A stretch of 64,000 nt of DNA from Candidatus Eiseniibacteriota bacterium (GCA_052390515.1 JBQTGV010000036.1:1-64000); one strand, 5' to 3'; shown: positions 1 through 9,331, counted from the stretch's first letter. Program-made: numbers and translations. Notes: generated by a model not told the origin, from the letters alone.

Positions 1-1
1 C

Positions 2-2716
2 GAGGCCTGGGAGCTCTTCGATGGCCCCGCCAACCAGGCGCGGGCCTGCCCGCACTTCTCCGTCGAGATGGAGACCGGCACCGGCAAGACCTACGTCTAC
101 CTGCGCACGATCTTCGAGCTGTCGTGCCGCTACGGCTTCCAGAAGTTCATCATCGTCGTTCCGAGCGTCGCAATTCGAGAGGGCGTGCTCAAGAACATCG
201 AGATCACCGCCGAGCACTTCCGCGCGCTCTACAACAACCTGGCCTTCGAGCATTTCGTCTATGATGCGAAGAAGGTCAACCGGCTGCGGCAGTTCGCCAC
301 GAGCAGCACGCTGCAGATCCTGGTCATCAACATCGACGCCTTCCGCAAGAACTTTACCGGGACTGACGAGGAGCGGAAGAGCAACGTCATCTACAAGGAG
401 AGCGACAAGCTCTCCGGCCGCCAGCCGATCGAGTTCGCGCAGGCGGCTCGCCCGATCGTGGTCATCGACGAGCCGCAGAGCGTCGACTCGACCGACAAGG
501 CGCAGGAGGCGATCAAGGCGCTGAACCCGCTCTGTACCCTGCGCTACTCGGCCACGCACCGCAATCCCTACAACCTCGTCTATCGCCTCGATCCGGTACG
601 CGCGTTCGAGCTGAAGCTGGTCAAGCAGATCGTGGTGGCGAGCGCGGCCGCCGAAGGCGCGGTCAATGATGCCTTCGTGCGGGTCGAGCAGATCAAGTAC
701 CAGCCGAGGATCCAGGCCAAGCTGCGCATCCACGTGCAGACCTCCAGCGGCCCCAAGGAGAAGTCCGTGACGGTCCGGCAAGGGGCCGACCTGCACGTCC
801 TCTCGGGCGAGCGTGCCTGCTATCGCGACGGCTTCGAGGTGGCCGAGATCAACGCCGAGCCTGGGAGCGAGTCGCTGCGCTTCGCCAACGGGCGGACGCT
901 GCGGCTCGGCGAGGAGATCGGCGGCCTGCGCGAGGATGTCTGGCGGGCGCAGATCAAGCACACGGTCAAGAAGCACCTGGAGAAGGAGCTCCAGGTTCGC
1001 GCGCGCGGCCTCAAGGTGCTCTCGCTCTTCTTTATCGACCGTGTGGCCAACTACCGCGATTACGGCGCGGATGGCCAACCGGTGAAGGGGAAGTTCGCCG
1101 TCGCCTTCGAGGCGACGCTGGCGGAGCTGGCCCGCGACGCGCGCTACCGGGAGCTGGCCTGGCTGGCCGAGCCGGTCGAGCGCGTGCACAACGGCTACTT
1201 CGCGCAGGACAGGAAGGGCGTGCTCAAGGACACGCGCGGTGACACGCAGGCCGATGACGAGGTCTACAACCTCATCATGAAGGACAAGGAGCGGCTCCTG
1301 TCGCTGGAGGAGCCGCTGCGCTACCTGTTCAGCCACTCCGCGCTGCGCGAAGGCTGGGATAACCCCAACGTCTTCCAGATCTGCACGCTCAACGAGACGA
1401 GGAGCGCGGTCAAGAAACGCCAGGAGATCGGCCGAGGCCTCCGCCTGCCGGTCGACGAGCACGGTCTGCGCGTCTTCGACGAGTCGGTCAACAAGCTCTA
1501 CGTGATGGCGAACGAGAGCTACGAGGACTTCGCGCGCGCGCTCCAGACCGAGTACGAGGAGGAGTGCGGCGTGACCTTTGGCAAGGTCCCGTTCACGGCG
1601 CTCGTCAAGCTGACCCGCGTCGTTGACGGCGTGGAGCAGCCGATCGGGCGAGACGCCGCAGAGGCGATCCGCGCGTCGCTGGTCGAGCAACGGATGCTCG
1701 ATGCCGACGGGCGGATCCAGCCAGCCTTCGACCCCAGGCGGAAGGACTTCAGGCTGGAGCTGCCGGAAGCGGTGCGCGACCTTGGCCCGGCGGTCGTGGA
1801 CCTCTTGGCCAGCTACCAGCTCGAGCGGCACATCCGACGGGAGCGGGACGAGGGAACGAACCGGCTGAAGAAGGAGGTCACCCTCAGCCCCGAGTTCCAG
1901 GCGCTTTGGGAGCGGATCAGGCCCAGGACCACCTACCGAGTGGAGTTCGAGACGGAAGCGCTCGTCCGGCGCGCGGTCGACGCGATCCGCCGCATGGAGA
2001 GGATCGAGGCGCCGCGGATCCTCGTCGCTGCGGGTCAGGTCCAGATCGGCAAGGCAGGCGTGAGCACTCGGGCCACGAGCGTGGCCGAGGAACGCCCGAC
2101 GTACGGCGTGCACGCCCTTCCGGATCTGCTCGCGTACCTGCAGAACGAAACCGAGCTCACGCGGTCCACTCTGGCGCGCATCCTCAACGAATCCGGGCGT
2201 CTTTCAGAGGTGTTCGAGAACCCTCAGCGTTTCCTCGATCAAGTGGCGTCGATCCTCAAGCACGAGCTGCATCGCCTGCTCGTCGATGGGATCAAGTACG
2301 AGCGTATCCCGGTGGAGGGCCCCGACGCGGCCTGGGAGATGCTCCTCTTCAAAAACGAAGAGCTGGTCAACTACCTTACCGCGCTCCAAGTGCAGAAGTC
2401 CGTCTACGAGTACGTGGTGTACGATTCGGAAGTAGAGCGCGAGTTCGCCACGAAGCTCGACCAGCGCGACGACATCAAGCTCTTCGTGAAGGTGCCGAGT
2501 TGGTTCGAGATCGACACGCCGGTCGGCAAGTACAACCCCGACTGGGCCATCCTCAAGCACGATGGAACGGCGCTCTACCTCGTGCGCGAGACCAAAGGCA
2601 CGCGAGACTTCCTCAAGCTGCGCACCGCCGAGGCGGACAAGGTGCGTTGCGGCCAGAAGCACTTCGAGGCGATCGATGTCCCGTTTGCGGTGGTTGTTGA
2701 GGCCGACGAGGTCTGA
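2..2716 (+). CDS. res: Type III restriction endonuclease Res subunit (5' end outside window)
   Basis: Frame is open from the window edge (…HFSVEMETGTGKT). SF2 helicase motifs METGTGKT, DEPQ, SAT, LREGWDNPN, QEIGRGLR; C-terminal PD-(D/E)xK nuclease YNPDWA…ETKG. Confidence 0.95.
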   Translation, partial: EAWELFDGPANQARACPHFSVEMETGTGKTYVYLRTIFELSCRYGFQKFIIVVPSVAIREGVLKNIEITAEHFRALYNNLAFEHFVYDAKKVNRLRQFATSSTLQILVINIDAFRKNFTGTDEERKSNVIYKESDKLSGRQPIEFAQAARPIVVIDEPQSVDSTDKAQEAIKALNPLCTLRYSATHRNPYNLVYRLDPVRAFELKLVKQIVVASAAAEGAVNDAFVRVEQIKYQPRIQAKLRIHVQTSSGPKEKSVTVRQGADLHVLSGERACYRDGFEVAEINAEPGSESLRFANGRTLRLGEEIGGLREDVWRAQIKHTVKKHLEKELQVRARGLKVLSLFFIDRVANYRDYGADGQPVKGKFAVAFEATLAELARDARYRELAWLAEPVERVHNGYFAQDRKGVLKDTRGDTQADDEVYNLIMKDKERLLSLEEPLRYLFSHSALREGWDNPNVFQICTLNETRSAVKKRQEIGRGLRLPVDEHGLRVFDESVNKLYVMANESYEDFARALQTEYEEECGVTFGKVPFTALVKLTRVVDGVEQPIGRDAAEAIRASLVEQRMLDADGRIQPAFDPRRKDFRLELPEAVRDLGPAVVDLLASYQLERHIRRERDEGTNRLKKEVTLSPEFQALWERIRPRTTYRVEFETEALVRRAVDAIRRMERIEAPRILVAAGQVQIGKAGVSTRATSVAEERPTYGVHALPDLLAYLQNETELTRSTLARILNESGRLSEVFENPQRFLDQVASILKHELHRLLVDGIKYERIPVEGPDAAWEMLLFKNEELVNYLTALQVQKSVYEYVVYDSEVEREFATKLDQRDDIKLFVKVPSWFEIDTPVGKYNPDWAILKHDGTALYLVRETKGTRDFLKLRTAEADKVRCGQKHFEAIDVPFAVVVEADEV

Positions 2717-2798
2717 GCTGCGAGAGAAAGTGAGCGACGGAAGGCGCGGCCGCCGACGCGCCAGACCGTCTCCGCAGCAGAACGGCAAGGCGTTAGGC
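2717..2798 (+). other. attC-like site (central stem plus right arm, left arm missing)
   Basis: Imperfect palindrome GCTGCGAGA…GACGG…GGCGCG / CGCGCC…CCGTC…TCCGCAGC, then GCAGCAGAACGGCAAGGC and core GTTAGGC at 2792-2798. Confidence 0.7.
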
Positions 2799-2814
2799 CG
2801 ATGGAGACGCGCAC

Positions 2815-3116
2815 GTGAATCGCCAGACGGTTTTCCGCTACTACGCGCCGCGCTTCTCTGCGTGGTCGTGGGCATAAGTGTGGTTCTCAGATACGCAACG
2901 GTCGATAGGATTCCACTCATCGGCTCCACCATCGCGGCTGTCCTGGGGTTCTGCTATTTCGTTCAGCAGCAGAGGCTTGCCGAGACCGCTTTGGGAGCAG
3001 TGCTCTTCTGCAAAGGAGGTAGGCCACAGTGCCTCGAAGTATTCACCTATGGCGATGACCACCGGGAAGGTGTCTACGATGTTTCGCGATCGAACAGACC
3101 GCCAGGGCACTCGTGA
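2815..3116 (+). pseudogene. Chimeric remnant of two hypothetical cassette genes
   Basis: GTG 17 nt after the attC core gives MNRQTVFRYY, then a frameshift into a 2-TM segment ending FCYFVQQQRLAET, abruptly joined to an unrelated-looking tail (CLEVFTYGDDH). Confidence 0.45.
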
Positions 3117-3667
3117 TGCACGTGAATTCACTCCCGATCCACACCCCTTCCCTTCGGCTACGCTGCCTTGTCGTCGATGACGCCGAGCGGATGATGAAGC
3201 TCAACGCCGAACCGTCCACTAGTCGCTGGCTTCCGTCGCATGTCTATGCAGACATGCGTGAGGCAACCTCGCGCATGCGCTACCTGATCTCCTGCTATTC
3301 GTCGCCAGGCGATCCGCGTATAGGCCCGTACGTCCTGGCCGTTGAGCACCTCGCCAGTGGAGCGCTGCTTGGCCACGTGGGGTTCAGCCCTCTTGACAGC
3401 GATGTGGAAGTTTCCTACGCCATCGCCGAGGCTTCACGCGGGCACGGGTACGGTTCCGAGGCTCTGCTTCACGCGTGCCGGTGGGCCGCAAAGAACTTCG
3501 ACCTGCCAAGGTTCCTGGCCATCACCGAATCTGACAACGCTCCGTCACGCCGCACTCTCGAGCGTGCCGCATTCGTTCATGCCGCAGACACGGTTATGCA
3601 ATTTCAGGGTCGCCAACAGACTGTCAGTCGTTACTTGTGGCGCCACTCCAATGGGCCGGTGCGGTGA
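3113..3667 (+). CDS. GNAT N-acetyltransferase, RimJ/RimL type
   Basis: TPSLRLR start, EVSYAI…SRGHGYGSEA acetyl-CoA loop, NAPSRRTLE. Confidence 0.85.
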   Translation: MMHVNSLPIHTPSLRLRCLVVDDAERMMKLNAEPSTSRWLPSHVYADMREATSRMRYLISCYSSPGDPRIGPYVLAVEHLASGALLGHVGFSPLDSDVEVSYAIAEASRGHGYGSEALLHACRWAAKNFDLPRFLAITESDNAPSRRTLERAAFVHAADTVMQFQGRQQTVSRYLWRHSNGPVR

Positions 3668-3668
3668 G

Positions 3669-3697
3669 GCCTCACCGGGGCCTCATACGTGTTAGGC
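3669..3697 (+). other. Collapsed attC-like site
   Basis: GCCTCAC (1 mismatch to inverse core GCCTAAC) right after the stop codon, 15 nt spacer, then core GTTAGGC at 3691-3697. Confidence 0.55.
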
Positions 3698-3713
3698 GTT
3701 TGCCCTCCGATGA

Positions 3714-4049
3714 TCATGCGGTCAACCCTCCGTCAATCGTCAGGCTCGCGCCCGTCACGAAATCCGACTCTGAGCCGGCGAGGTAAGCAACCATCGCCGC
3801 GACCTCATCGGGGGAACCGTAGCGCGATAGGGCCATGAGCTTGCGCAAACTCTCGGCGAAGTCGCTGTTCGCGGGGTTCATGTCTGTCTCTATTGCGCGC
3901 AAGTTGACCGCCACGGTGCGGTCGAAGTCCTCGAGTCGGTAGTCGCCAATCGGCGCGATGGCGGCGATACCCGCGTTATTGACAAGAATGTCGATGCCTC
4001 CCAGCTCGACGACCGCTTGCTCCACGGCGGCGATCGGACGTAGGCTCAC
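3714..4049 (-). pseudogene. SDR oxidoreductase remnant
   Basis: Keeps IDILVNNAG and the C-terminal FVTGASLTIDGG, but lacks the N-terminal TGxxxGxG and the YxxxK region (VNLRA joins directly to IETDMN). Confidence 0.8.
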
Positions 4050-4054
4050 TGCGA

Positions 4055-4675
4055 ATGGAGGAGCGGATGTCGGCGACAGGCGGTTCGAGCGAGACTGTCG
4101 AAGAATACAAGGCGAGAATCTTCAGCTACGTCGCTGGTGCTGATCCACTCGTTCTCCAAGCCAGAGCTCCCGATGTTCTTGCAGCGCTCCTGAAAGGTCT
4201 TTCTACCGACGACCTCGGGCAACGACCGGCTCCGGGGAAGTGGTGTATTCGAGAAATCGTGGCCCACCTGGCTGATGACGAGCTCGTCGGTGCGTACCGA
4301 ATTCGCCTGATTCTCTCTGCGCCGGGCACGGCAATTCAGGCGTTTGATCAGGACGTGTGGGCGAGTACGGGAAGGTACAGGACGAGTGACGTGATGGACG
4401 CTCTTGCGCTCTACCGAGCATTGAGGTTCGCGAACTTGAAACTTCTGCAGTCGTTGAGCACTCAAGAATGGGACATGTTCGGTGTTCACGCGGAACGTGG
4501 AAGAGAATCTCTGCGGGATGTGGCGATGTACTTCGCAGGACACGACATCAATCACTTTCGCCAGATCGAGTCGATCAGACGCCTGTTGGGCATGGCAACC
4601 CCAGAAAGCGGTGCCGCCGATGTCCATGTTGTCGCAGGAGCGTCATGCGGACCTCGCCGCGCGGCCACGACCTGA
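4055..4675 (+). CDS. DinB family protein (thiol-transferase-like)
   Basis: PGKWCIREIVAHLAD…FDQDVW…GHDINH motifs. Confidence 0.85.
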   Translation: MEERMSATGGSSETVEEYKARIFSYVAGADPLVLQARAPDVLAALLKGLSTDDLGQRPAPGKWCIREIVAHLADDELVGAYRIRLILSAPGTAIQAFDQDVWASTGRYRTSDVMDALALYRALRFANLKLLQSLSTQEWDMFGVHAERGRESLRDVAMYFAGHDINHFRQIESIRRLLGMATPESGAADVHVVAGASCGPRRAATT

Positions 4676-4744
4676 CCATGAATTGCAGAGCGGAGGTTTC
4701 GCGGTTACGCTCGGCACCAAAGGGCGACCCACAAGGAGGCGACC

Positions 4745-5599
4745 ATGCCCGCGCCATCGAAAGGTCCCGACACGATTGTACTGGTCCATGGCTTCTGGGT
4801 GACGCCGCGAAGCTGGGAGCACTGGATTACACGCTATGAAGCCCAGGGCTACCGCGTCCTCGCTCCGGCGTACCCGGGCTTCGAGGTCGAGGTCGAAGCC
4901 CTCAACCGCGATCCTTCGCCCGTCGAGCGACTCACGGTTCCCGCGATCATGGCGCACCTGGAAGGCGTTGTCGGGCGACTCGAGGTGCCACCAATCCTCA
5001 TGGGTCACTCGGCAGGTGGGGCGTTTGTGCAGCTGCTGCTCGATCGGGGATACGGGGCGGTGGGAGTGGCGATCAACTCTGCACCGACGGAGGGCGTGCT
5101 CGTCACGCCGCTATCGCAGCTCAAAGCGAGCTTTCCGGTGCTGAAGAATCCCGCGAATCGGCACAGGGCAGTGGGGTTCACGTACGATCACTGGCGCTAC
5201 GTGTTCACCAACACATTCGACGAAGCGGACGCGCGCGCCGCCTACGACCGTTATCACGTCCCGGCATCGGGGGGCATTTTCTGGGACAGCGTGCTGGCGA
5301 ACTTCATCCCCGGGCCCCAGGCCACCGCGGTCGACTACCATAACGACGCCCGCGCGCCCCTTCTCTTCATCTCGGGGAGCGAAGATCACTTGATGCCGCC
5401 GGCCGTCCAACGCTCGAACGCAAAGCATTACAAGTCGAGCACGATCACGGAGATCAAGGAATTCCCGGGACGCTCGCATCTCATGCCCGCCCAGCGGGGG
5501 TGGGAAGAGATCGCCGACTATGCACTGGCGTGGGCTGAGAAGCACGGTACGCGGCGGCCGCAGATCGCTCCGGCACCTTCAGGGGATGAGGCCAAGTGA
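4745..5599 (+). CDS. Alpha/beta hydrolase
   Basis: HGFW oxyanion motif, GHSAGG nucleophile elbow, GSEDH, RSH; AAGGAGG RBS. Confidence 0.9.
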   Translation: MPAPSKGPDTIVLVHGFWVTPRSWEHWITRYEAQGYRVLAPAYPGFEVEVEALNRDPSPVERLTVPAIMAHLEGVVGRLEVPPILMGHSAGGAFVQLLLDRGYGAVGVAINSAPTEGVLVTPLSQLKASFPVLKNPANRHRAVGFTYDHWRYVFTNTFDEADARAAYDRYHVPASGGIFWDSVLANFIPGPQATAVDYHNDARAPLLFISGSEDHLMPPAVQRSNAKHYKSSTITEIKEFPGRSHLMPAQRGWEEIADYALAWAEKHGTRRPQIAPAPSGDEAK

Positions 5600-5644
5600 C
5601 ATCTCTCTGGGTTGTTCGTCACTCCACCTGCGAGAGGAGCAAAC

Positions 5645-6475
5645 ATGAGTACGATCACGAGCAATGACGGCGTCGAGATCTTCTACAAGGACTGGGGCCC
5701 CAAGAACGCGCAGCCCATCGTCTTTCATCACGGCTGGCCGCTGAGCGCCGATGACTGGGATGCGCAGATGCTCTACTTCGTGCAGAAGGGCCATCGCGTC
5801 ATCGGTCACGACCGGCGCGGCCATGGCCGGTCGAGCCAGGTCAGCGATGGTCACGACATGGACCACTACGCCGCGGACGCGGCCGCCGTCTTCACGCATC
5901 TCGACCTGCGCAACGCCGTCCACATCGGCCATTCGACCGGCGGCGGCGAGGCGGCGCATTATGTCGCACGCCACGGGAAGGGGCGCGTCGCCAAGCTGGT
6001 GCTCATCGGCGCCGTGCCGCCCATCATGGTGAAGACACCGGCCAGTCCGGGCGGCTTGCCGATCGAGGTATTCGACGACCTGCGGGGACAGCTCGCCTCC
6101 AATCGCGCGCAGTTCTATCGCGAGTTCTCGAGCGGCCCCTTCTACAGCTACAACCGGCCATGGGCGAAAGCGTCCCAAGCCGTGATCGACAACTGGTGGC
6201 GCCAAGGGATGATGGGCGGTGCGAAGGCGCACTACGATGGCATCAAGGCCTTCTCGGAGACGGACTTCACCGAGGACCTGAAGGTGATCGACGTCCCAAC
6301 GCTCGTCATGCATGGCGACGACGACCAGATCGTCCCGATCGCCAATTCCGCGCCGCTCTCCGCGAAGCTCCTCAAGAAGGGCGTCTTGAAGGTCTACGAG
6401 AAGTTCCCGCACGGCATGTGCACGACGCATGCCGACGTGATCAATGCGGATCTTCTCGCGTTCATCAAGAGCTGA
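5645..6475 (+). CDS. cpo: Non-heme chloroperoxidase/perhydrolase-type alpha/beta hydrolase
   Basis: [50 protein letters not shown] before ATG 5645. Confidence 0.9.
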   Translation: MSTITSNDGVEIFYKDWGPKNAQPIVFHHGWPLSADDWDAQMLYFVQKGHRVIGHDRRGHGRSSQVSDGHDMDHYAADAAAVFTHLDLRNAVHIGHSTGGGEAAHYVARHGKGRVAKLVLIGAVPPIMVKTPASPGGLPIEVFDDLRGQLASNRAQFYREFSSGPFYSYNRPWAKASQAVIDNWWRQGMMGGAKAHYDGIKAFSETDFTEDLKVIDVPTLVMHGDDDQIVPIANSAPLSAKLLKKGVLKVYEKFPHGMCTTHADVINADLLAFIKS

Positions 6476-6487
6476 ACTGGAGGCGGC

Positions 6488-6946
6488 ATGGGAGAAGAGC
6501 TTGCGGCAGCCAACGTCAATCGCGCGTATTCGCTGGCGGCGACGAGCATCGCGATCTTCGCGTTCGTGCTGTTCTTTCTGTATCCGCGGTTCGTGAGCGG
6601 CGAGGTCAATGCCTTGCTGTTTCGAGCCACGTTGGTCGCGATGGGTGTGGCGACATTCTCATTCGTGTTCGCGTCCTTCTATTACTACTGCTCCTCGCTC
6701 GGTGGCCGGTTCGATGATGCCGAGCAGTCGCTGTACTCCCGGCGAGGCGATCGCTTCTGGCTACTCGGTGAGACCCTGCTGTTCCTCGTTCCGAGCCTGA
6801 TCCTCTTCGCGGTCGGGCTTCTCGAGGTCGGGTCCGTGTGGTTCGCGCTCTGGCTGGTGTACTTGCTCTTCGTCATCAAATACTTCCCCAGGGTCGAGAC
6901 CGCGCGGAGAGAGCTCCCGCCGAGGCGAAGGAGGTCAAATGGCTGA
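6488..6946 (+). CDS. Hypothetical membrane protein, about 4 TM helices
   Basis: Four hydrophobic stretches; GGAGG RBS. Confidence 0.75.
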   Translation: MGEELAAANVNRAYSLAATSIAIFAFVLFFLYPRFVSGEVNALLFRATLVAMGVATFSFVFASFYYYCSSLGGRFDDAEQSLYSRRGDRFWLLGETLLFLVPSLILFAVGLLEVGSVWFALWLVYLLFVIKYFPRVETARRELPPRRRRSNG

Positions 6947-6980
6947 CATGCTGAAAGTCATCGAGGGTCTCGCCGCGCGC
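6939..6980 (+). pseudogene. N-terminal remnant of a dodecin-like gene
   Basis: Strong AAGGAGGT RBS then ATG giving MADMLKVIEGLA, which resembles dodecin N-termini (xxKVIExxxxS); similarity ends at once. Confidence 0.35.
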
Positions 6981-7000
6981 GCGACTTCGGGGAGGGATCG

Positions 7001-7930
7001 ATGGACAAGCCCCGCATCTTCCTTGGCTCGTCAGGAAAACAGGAGAAGCTGCTTCAGGAGCTGACACGCGGCCTCGAAGATGTTGCACACGTGGAACCCT
7101 GGACGACGTCCTTCAATCCTGGGACCACCACGATGGAACGCCTCGTCGAGCTTACCCGTGGAGTCGACTTCGCGGCATTCGTGTTCGCTCAGGACGACTG
7201 GACGACCGACAGCTCTCACGCATCGCCTCTGCCCGGGTCCGGTCAGGCTTCTCCGCGAGACAACGTCGTCTTCGAAGCCGGTCTTTTTGGCGGCGTCCTC
7301 GGAATGCGTCGAACGTTCATCCTCCATGCCACCGGCTCGAAGCTACCAAGCGATCTCCTCGGCCTCACGACCGTACGGTACAACGAAGCGCTTACTCCGG
7401 CCGAGATGAGTGTCCTCAATGAGAAGCTTCGGAAGGCGATCGCGAACGAGGGTCGCCTCGCCCGCATCGAAGGCCTGTGGTGGCAGTTTTCCCTGACGGA
7501 GCGCACCGCGCGGGAGCCCTCCGCCGTGAGCCTTCTACGGATTTCGAGGGACCGCAGCGGCGCGCTGGAGGTGGCCGGGCGTTCATGGCAGGAGAAGGGT
7601 CGCTTGTCCGCGAGATACTGGAGCGAAGCGACGAAGGAGAAGAAGGAGCCGACGGGCGTCTTCTACTATTGGAACGGAGTACGGCCCCTGGACGCGAACG
7701 CGCCGCTGTTGCACGGCACGGGGGAGATTCGGCTGGACTCGGTCGATCGCGCTTCCGGATATTGGACGACTCTCGCCGACGCGGACCCACAGCTAAACGT
7801 GCGGACATCGGGTGTCTACTGGCGCGCCGAGCCAGCGGACATGGAGACCCTCGACGGTCGCGACGATGGGAAGCGCGCGAAATTGATCGCCGAGCGCCTG
7901 AGGCAGTGGAAGTCGGCCACGAAAGCATGA
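7001..7930 (+). CDS. TIR-like (Cap12/PycTIR-type) domain fused to a beta-strand-rich C-terminal domain
   Basis: KPRIFLGSS, DFAAFVFAQDD, PRDNVVFEAGLF (putative catalytic Glu), KLPSDLLG; C-terminal half has alternating aromatic beta strands (IEGLWWQF, GVFYYWNG, GYWTT). Confidence 0.85.
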   Translation: MDKPRIFLGSSGKQEKLLQELTRGLEDVAHVEPWTTSFNPGTTTMERLVELTRGVDFAAFVFAQDDWTTDSSHASPLPGSGQASPRDNVVFEAGLFGGVLGMRRTFILHATGSKLPSDLLGLTTVRYNEALTPAEMSVLNEKLRKAIANEGRLARIEGLWWQFSLTERTAREPSAVSLLRISRDRSGALEVAGRSWQEKGRLSARYWSEATKEKKEPTGVFYYWNGVRPLDANAPLLHGTGEIRLDSVDRASGYWTTLADADPQLNVRTSGVYWRAEPADMETLDGRDDGKRAKLIAERLRQWKSATKA

Positions 7931-8077
7931 GGCTCGTTAGAGGCCACCCGAGGGATCCGGGGCGGCGAGGACGCTCCGGTCGAAGACGACCGCAGTAGAA
8001 CGCGCGGCGCTGTCGTGTAGAATCTCACGGAGGGCCTCCTTGCGGCCGCGGAGGGCTTCCGGAGTGCGAGGGCTACC

Positions 8078-8788
8078 ATGAATCGTCGCAGTTTTCTGTT
8101 CGCCTCCTCCGGGGCCGCCGCCGGTTCCCTGTTGGTGCCGGGCTTGGCTGAGGCCGACGAGGGCGACAAGTCCCCGTATGCCGGCAGCGGACTCATCACC
8201 GGCACGCCCAAGCCGCTCCGCCACAAGGAGGTGCCCGGGTTCTTGAGCGCCGCCCAGATTGCCCCCCACCATGCAGCCCACTACGGCGGCGCGTTGAAGG
8301 CACTGGTGGGGATCGAGCAGAAGTTCGAGGAGAGCTTTGCCAAGGGCACGGCCATCGACGCCGCTGCGTTCGAGACGTTGAAGCGGCAGCAGTCCAGCCG
8401 GGGCAACAGCGTCGTCCTGCACGAGCTGTACTTCGACGGGCTGGCGCTCAAGGCGACGGACCCGGCCGAGGGTGTCCGCAGAGCCGTCGAGAGGCGGTTC
8501 GGGTCGCTCGATAAGTGGGCGGCCGACTTCACCGCCAGCGCCAAGGCCGCCGCGGGATGGGCGATGTTGGTCGTCCACCCGGTCAACGGCCGACTGTACA
8601 ACGTGGTCAGCGATGAACACGCCCAGGGGCCGCTGTGGCTGGCGGTGCCGCTGGTCGTGATCGACACCTACGAGCACGCCTTCTACATCGACTACCAGAA
8701 CAAGAAGGCCGAGTACGTCGAGCGGTTCCTCACGTTCATCGACTGGGCCGAGGCCGACCGCCGGTATCGGTCGGTCGTCCAGGGGTAG
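8078..8788 (+). CDS. Tat-exported Fe/Mn superoxide dismutase family protein (ChrC-like)
   Basis: MNRRSFL twin-arginine leader; ligands HHAAHY, LHELYF, DTYEHAFY. Confidence 0.85.
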   Translation: MNRRSFLFASSGAAAGSLLVPGLAEADEGDKSPYAGSGLITGTPKPLRHKEVPGFLSAAQIAPHHAAHYGGALKALVGIEQKFEESFAKGTAIDAAAFETLKRQQSSRGNSVVLHELYFDGLALKATDPAEGVRRAVERRFGSLDKWAADFTASAKAAAGWAMLVVHPVNGRLYNVVSDEHAQGPLWLAVPLVVIDTYEHAFYIDYQNKKAEYVERFLTFIDWAEADRRYRSVVQG

Positions 8789-8797
8789 CCAAGGCAG

Positions 8798-8828
8798 GCC
8801 GAACTAGGCGCGGCACCTGCCCGCGGCG
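8798..8828 (+). other. attC-like left arm
   Basis: GCCGAACTAGGCGCGGCACCTGCCCGCGGCG about 10 nt after the SOD stop resembles inverse core plus L box; no right arm seen. Confidence 0.45.
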
Positions 8829-8916
8829 TTTCCGGGAGTTCAATCGCCGTGCGAGGCAGCGCGCCCGGCTTTCCTTGATCGCCAGTCACAGAACAGCCTG
8901 AGAGGCCGAAAGCACA

Positions 8917-9315
8917 GTGAACGCCACGCCGAGATGGGCCATCGCTCCCTACTTCATCGTGGACGATGTCGTCGTGACCGCGAACTACTACAGAGACAAG
9001 CTGGGCTTCCGCTACGAGCGTTTCTGGAACGACCCACCCTCGTTCTGTATGGTCAAGCGCAGCGGCATCGTGATCATGTTGGCGCAGCTCGAGACGGCTG
9101 GGGCGATGCGCCCCAATCATCTCGTCGATCCGGAGGGCGGGGCCTGGGACAGCTACATCTGGGTGGATGATGCGGACGCGCTCTACACGGAGTTCCAGAG
9201 AGCCGGAGTAAAGATCGTGCGCGAGACCTGTGATCAACCTTATGGTTGCCGCGACTTTGACATCGAGGATTGCAACGGATATCGGCTCTGCTTCGGGCAT
9301 GACCTGGAAGGCTGA
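8917..9315 (+). CDS. VOC/glyoxalase family protein
   Basis: YYRDKLGF, YIWVDDADAL, QPYGCRDFDIEDCNGYRLCF. Confidence 0.9.
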   Translation: MNATPRWAIAPYFIVDDVVVTANYYRDKLGFRYERFWNDPPSFCMVKRSGIVIMLAQLETAGAMRPNHLVDPEGGAWDSYIWVDDADALYTEFQRAGVKIVRETCDQPYGCRDFDIEDCNGYRLCFGHDLEG

Positions 9316-9331
9316 TCTCAACGCTCACGGT

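Noticed and set aside
5579-6430. 283-aa minus-strand ORF, and many similar long overlapping ORFs (e.g. 15046-16908, 36597-38396, 48539-50305)
   Set aside because: Shadow or off-frame ORFs typical of high-GC DNA; Arg/Pro/Ala-rich with no motifs, overlapping well-supported genes.
4745-7930. Four genes in one frame separated by single TGA codons with open linkers (eight consecutive + genes from res to SOD share this frame), suggesting a readthrough polyprotein
   Set aside because: Each gene has its own RBS and start, TGA is the dominant stop in high-GC DNA, and short GC-rich linkers are often open. Treated as coincidence.
7931-7945. GTTAGAG after the TIR gene as an attC core
   Set aside because: Imperfect core and no arm or stem; similar weak motifs at 19190, 21350 and 24330 were also left uncalled.
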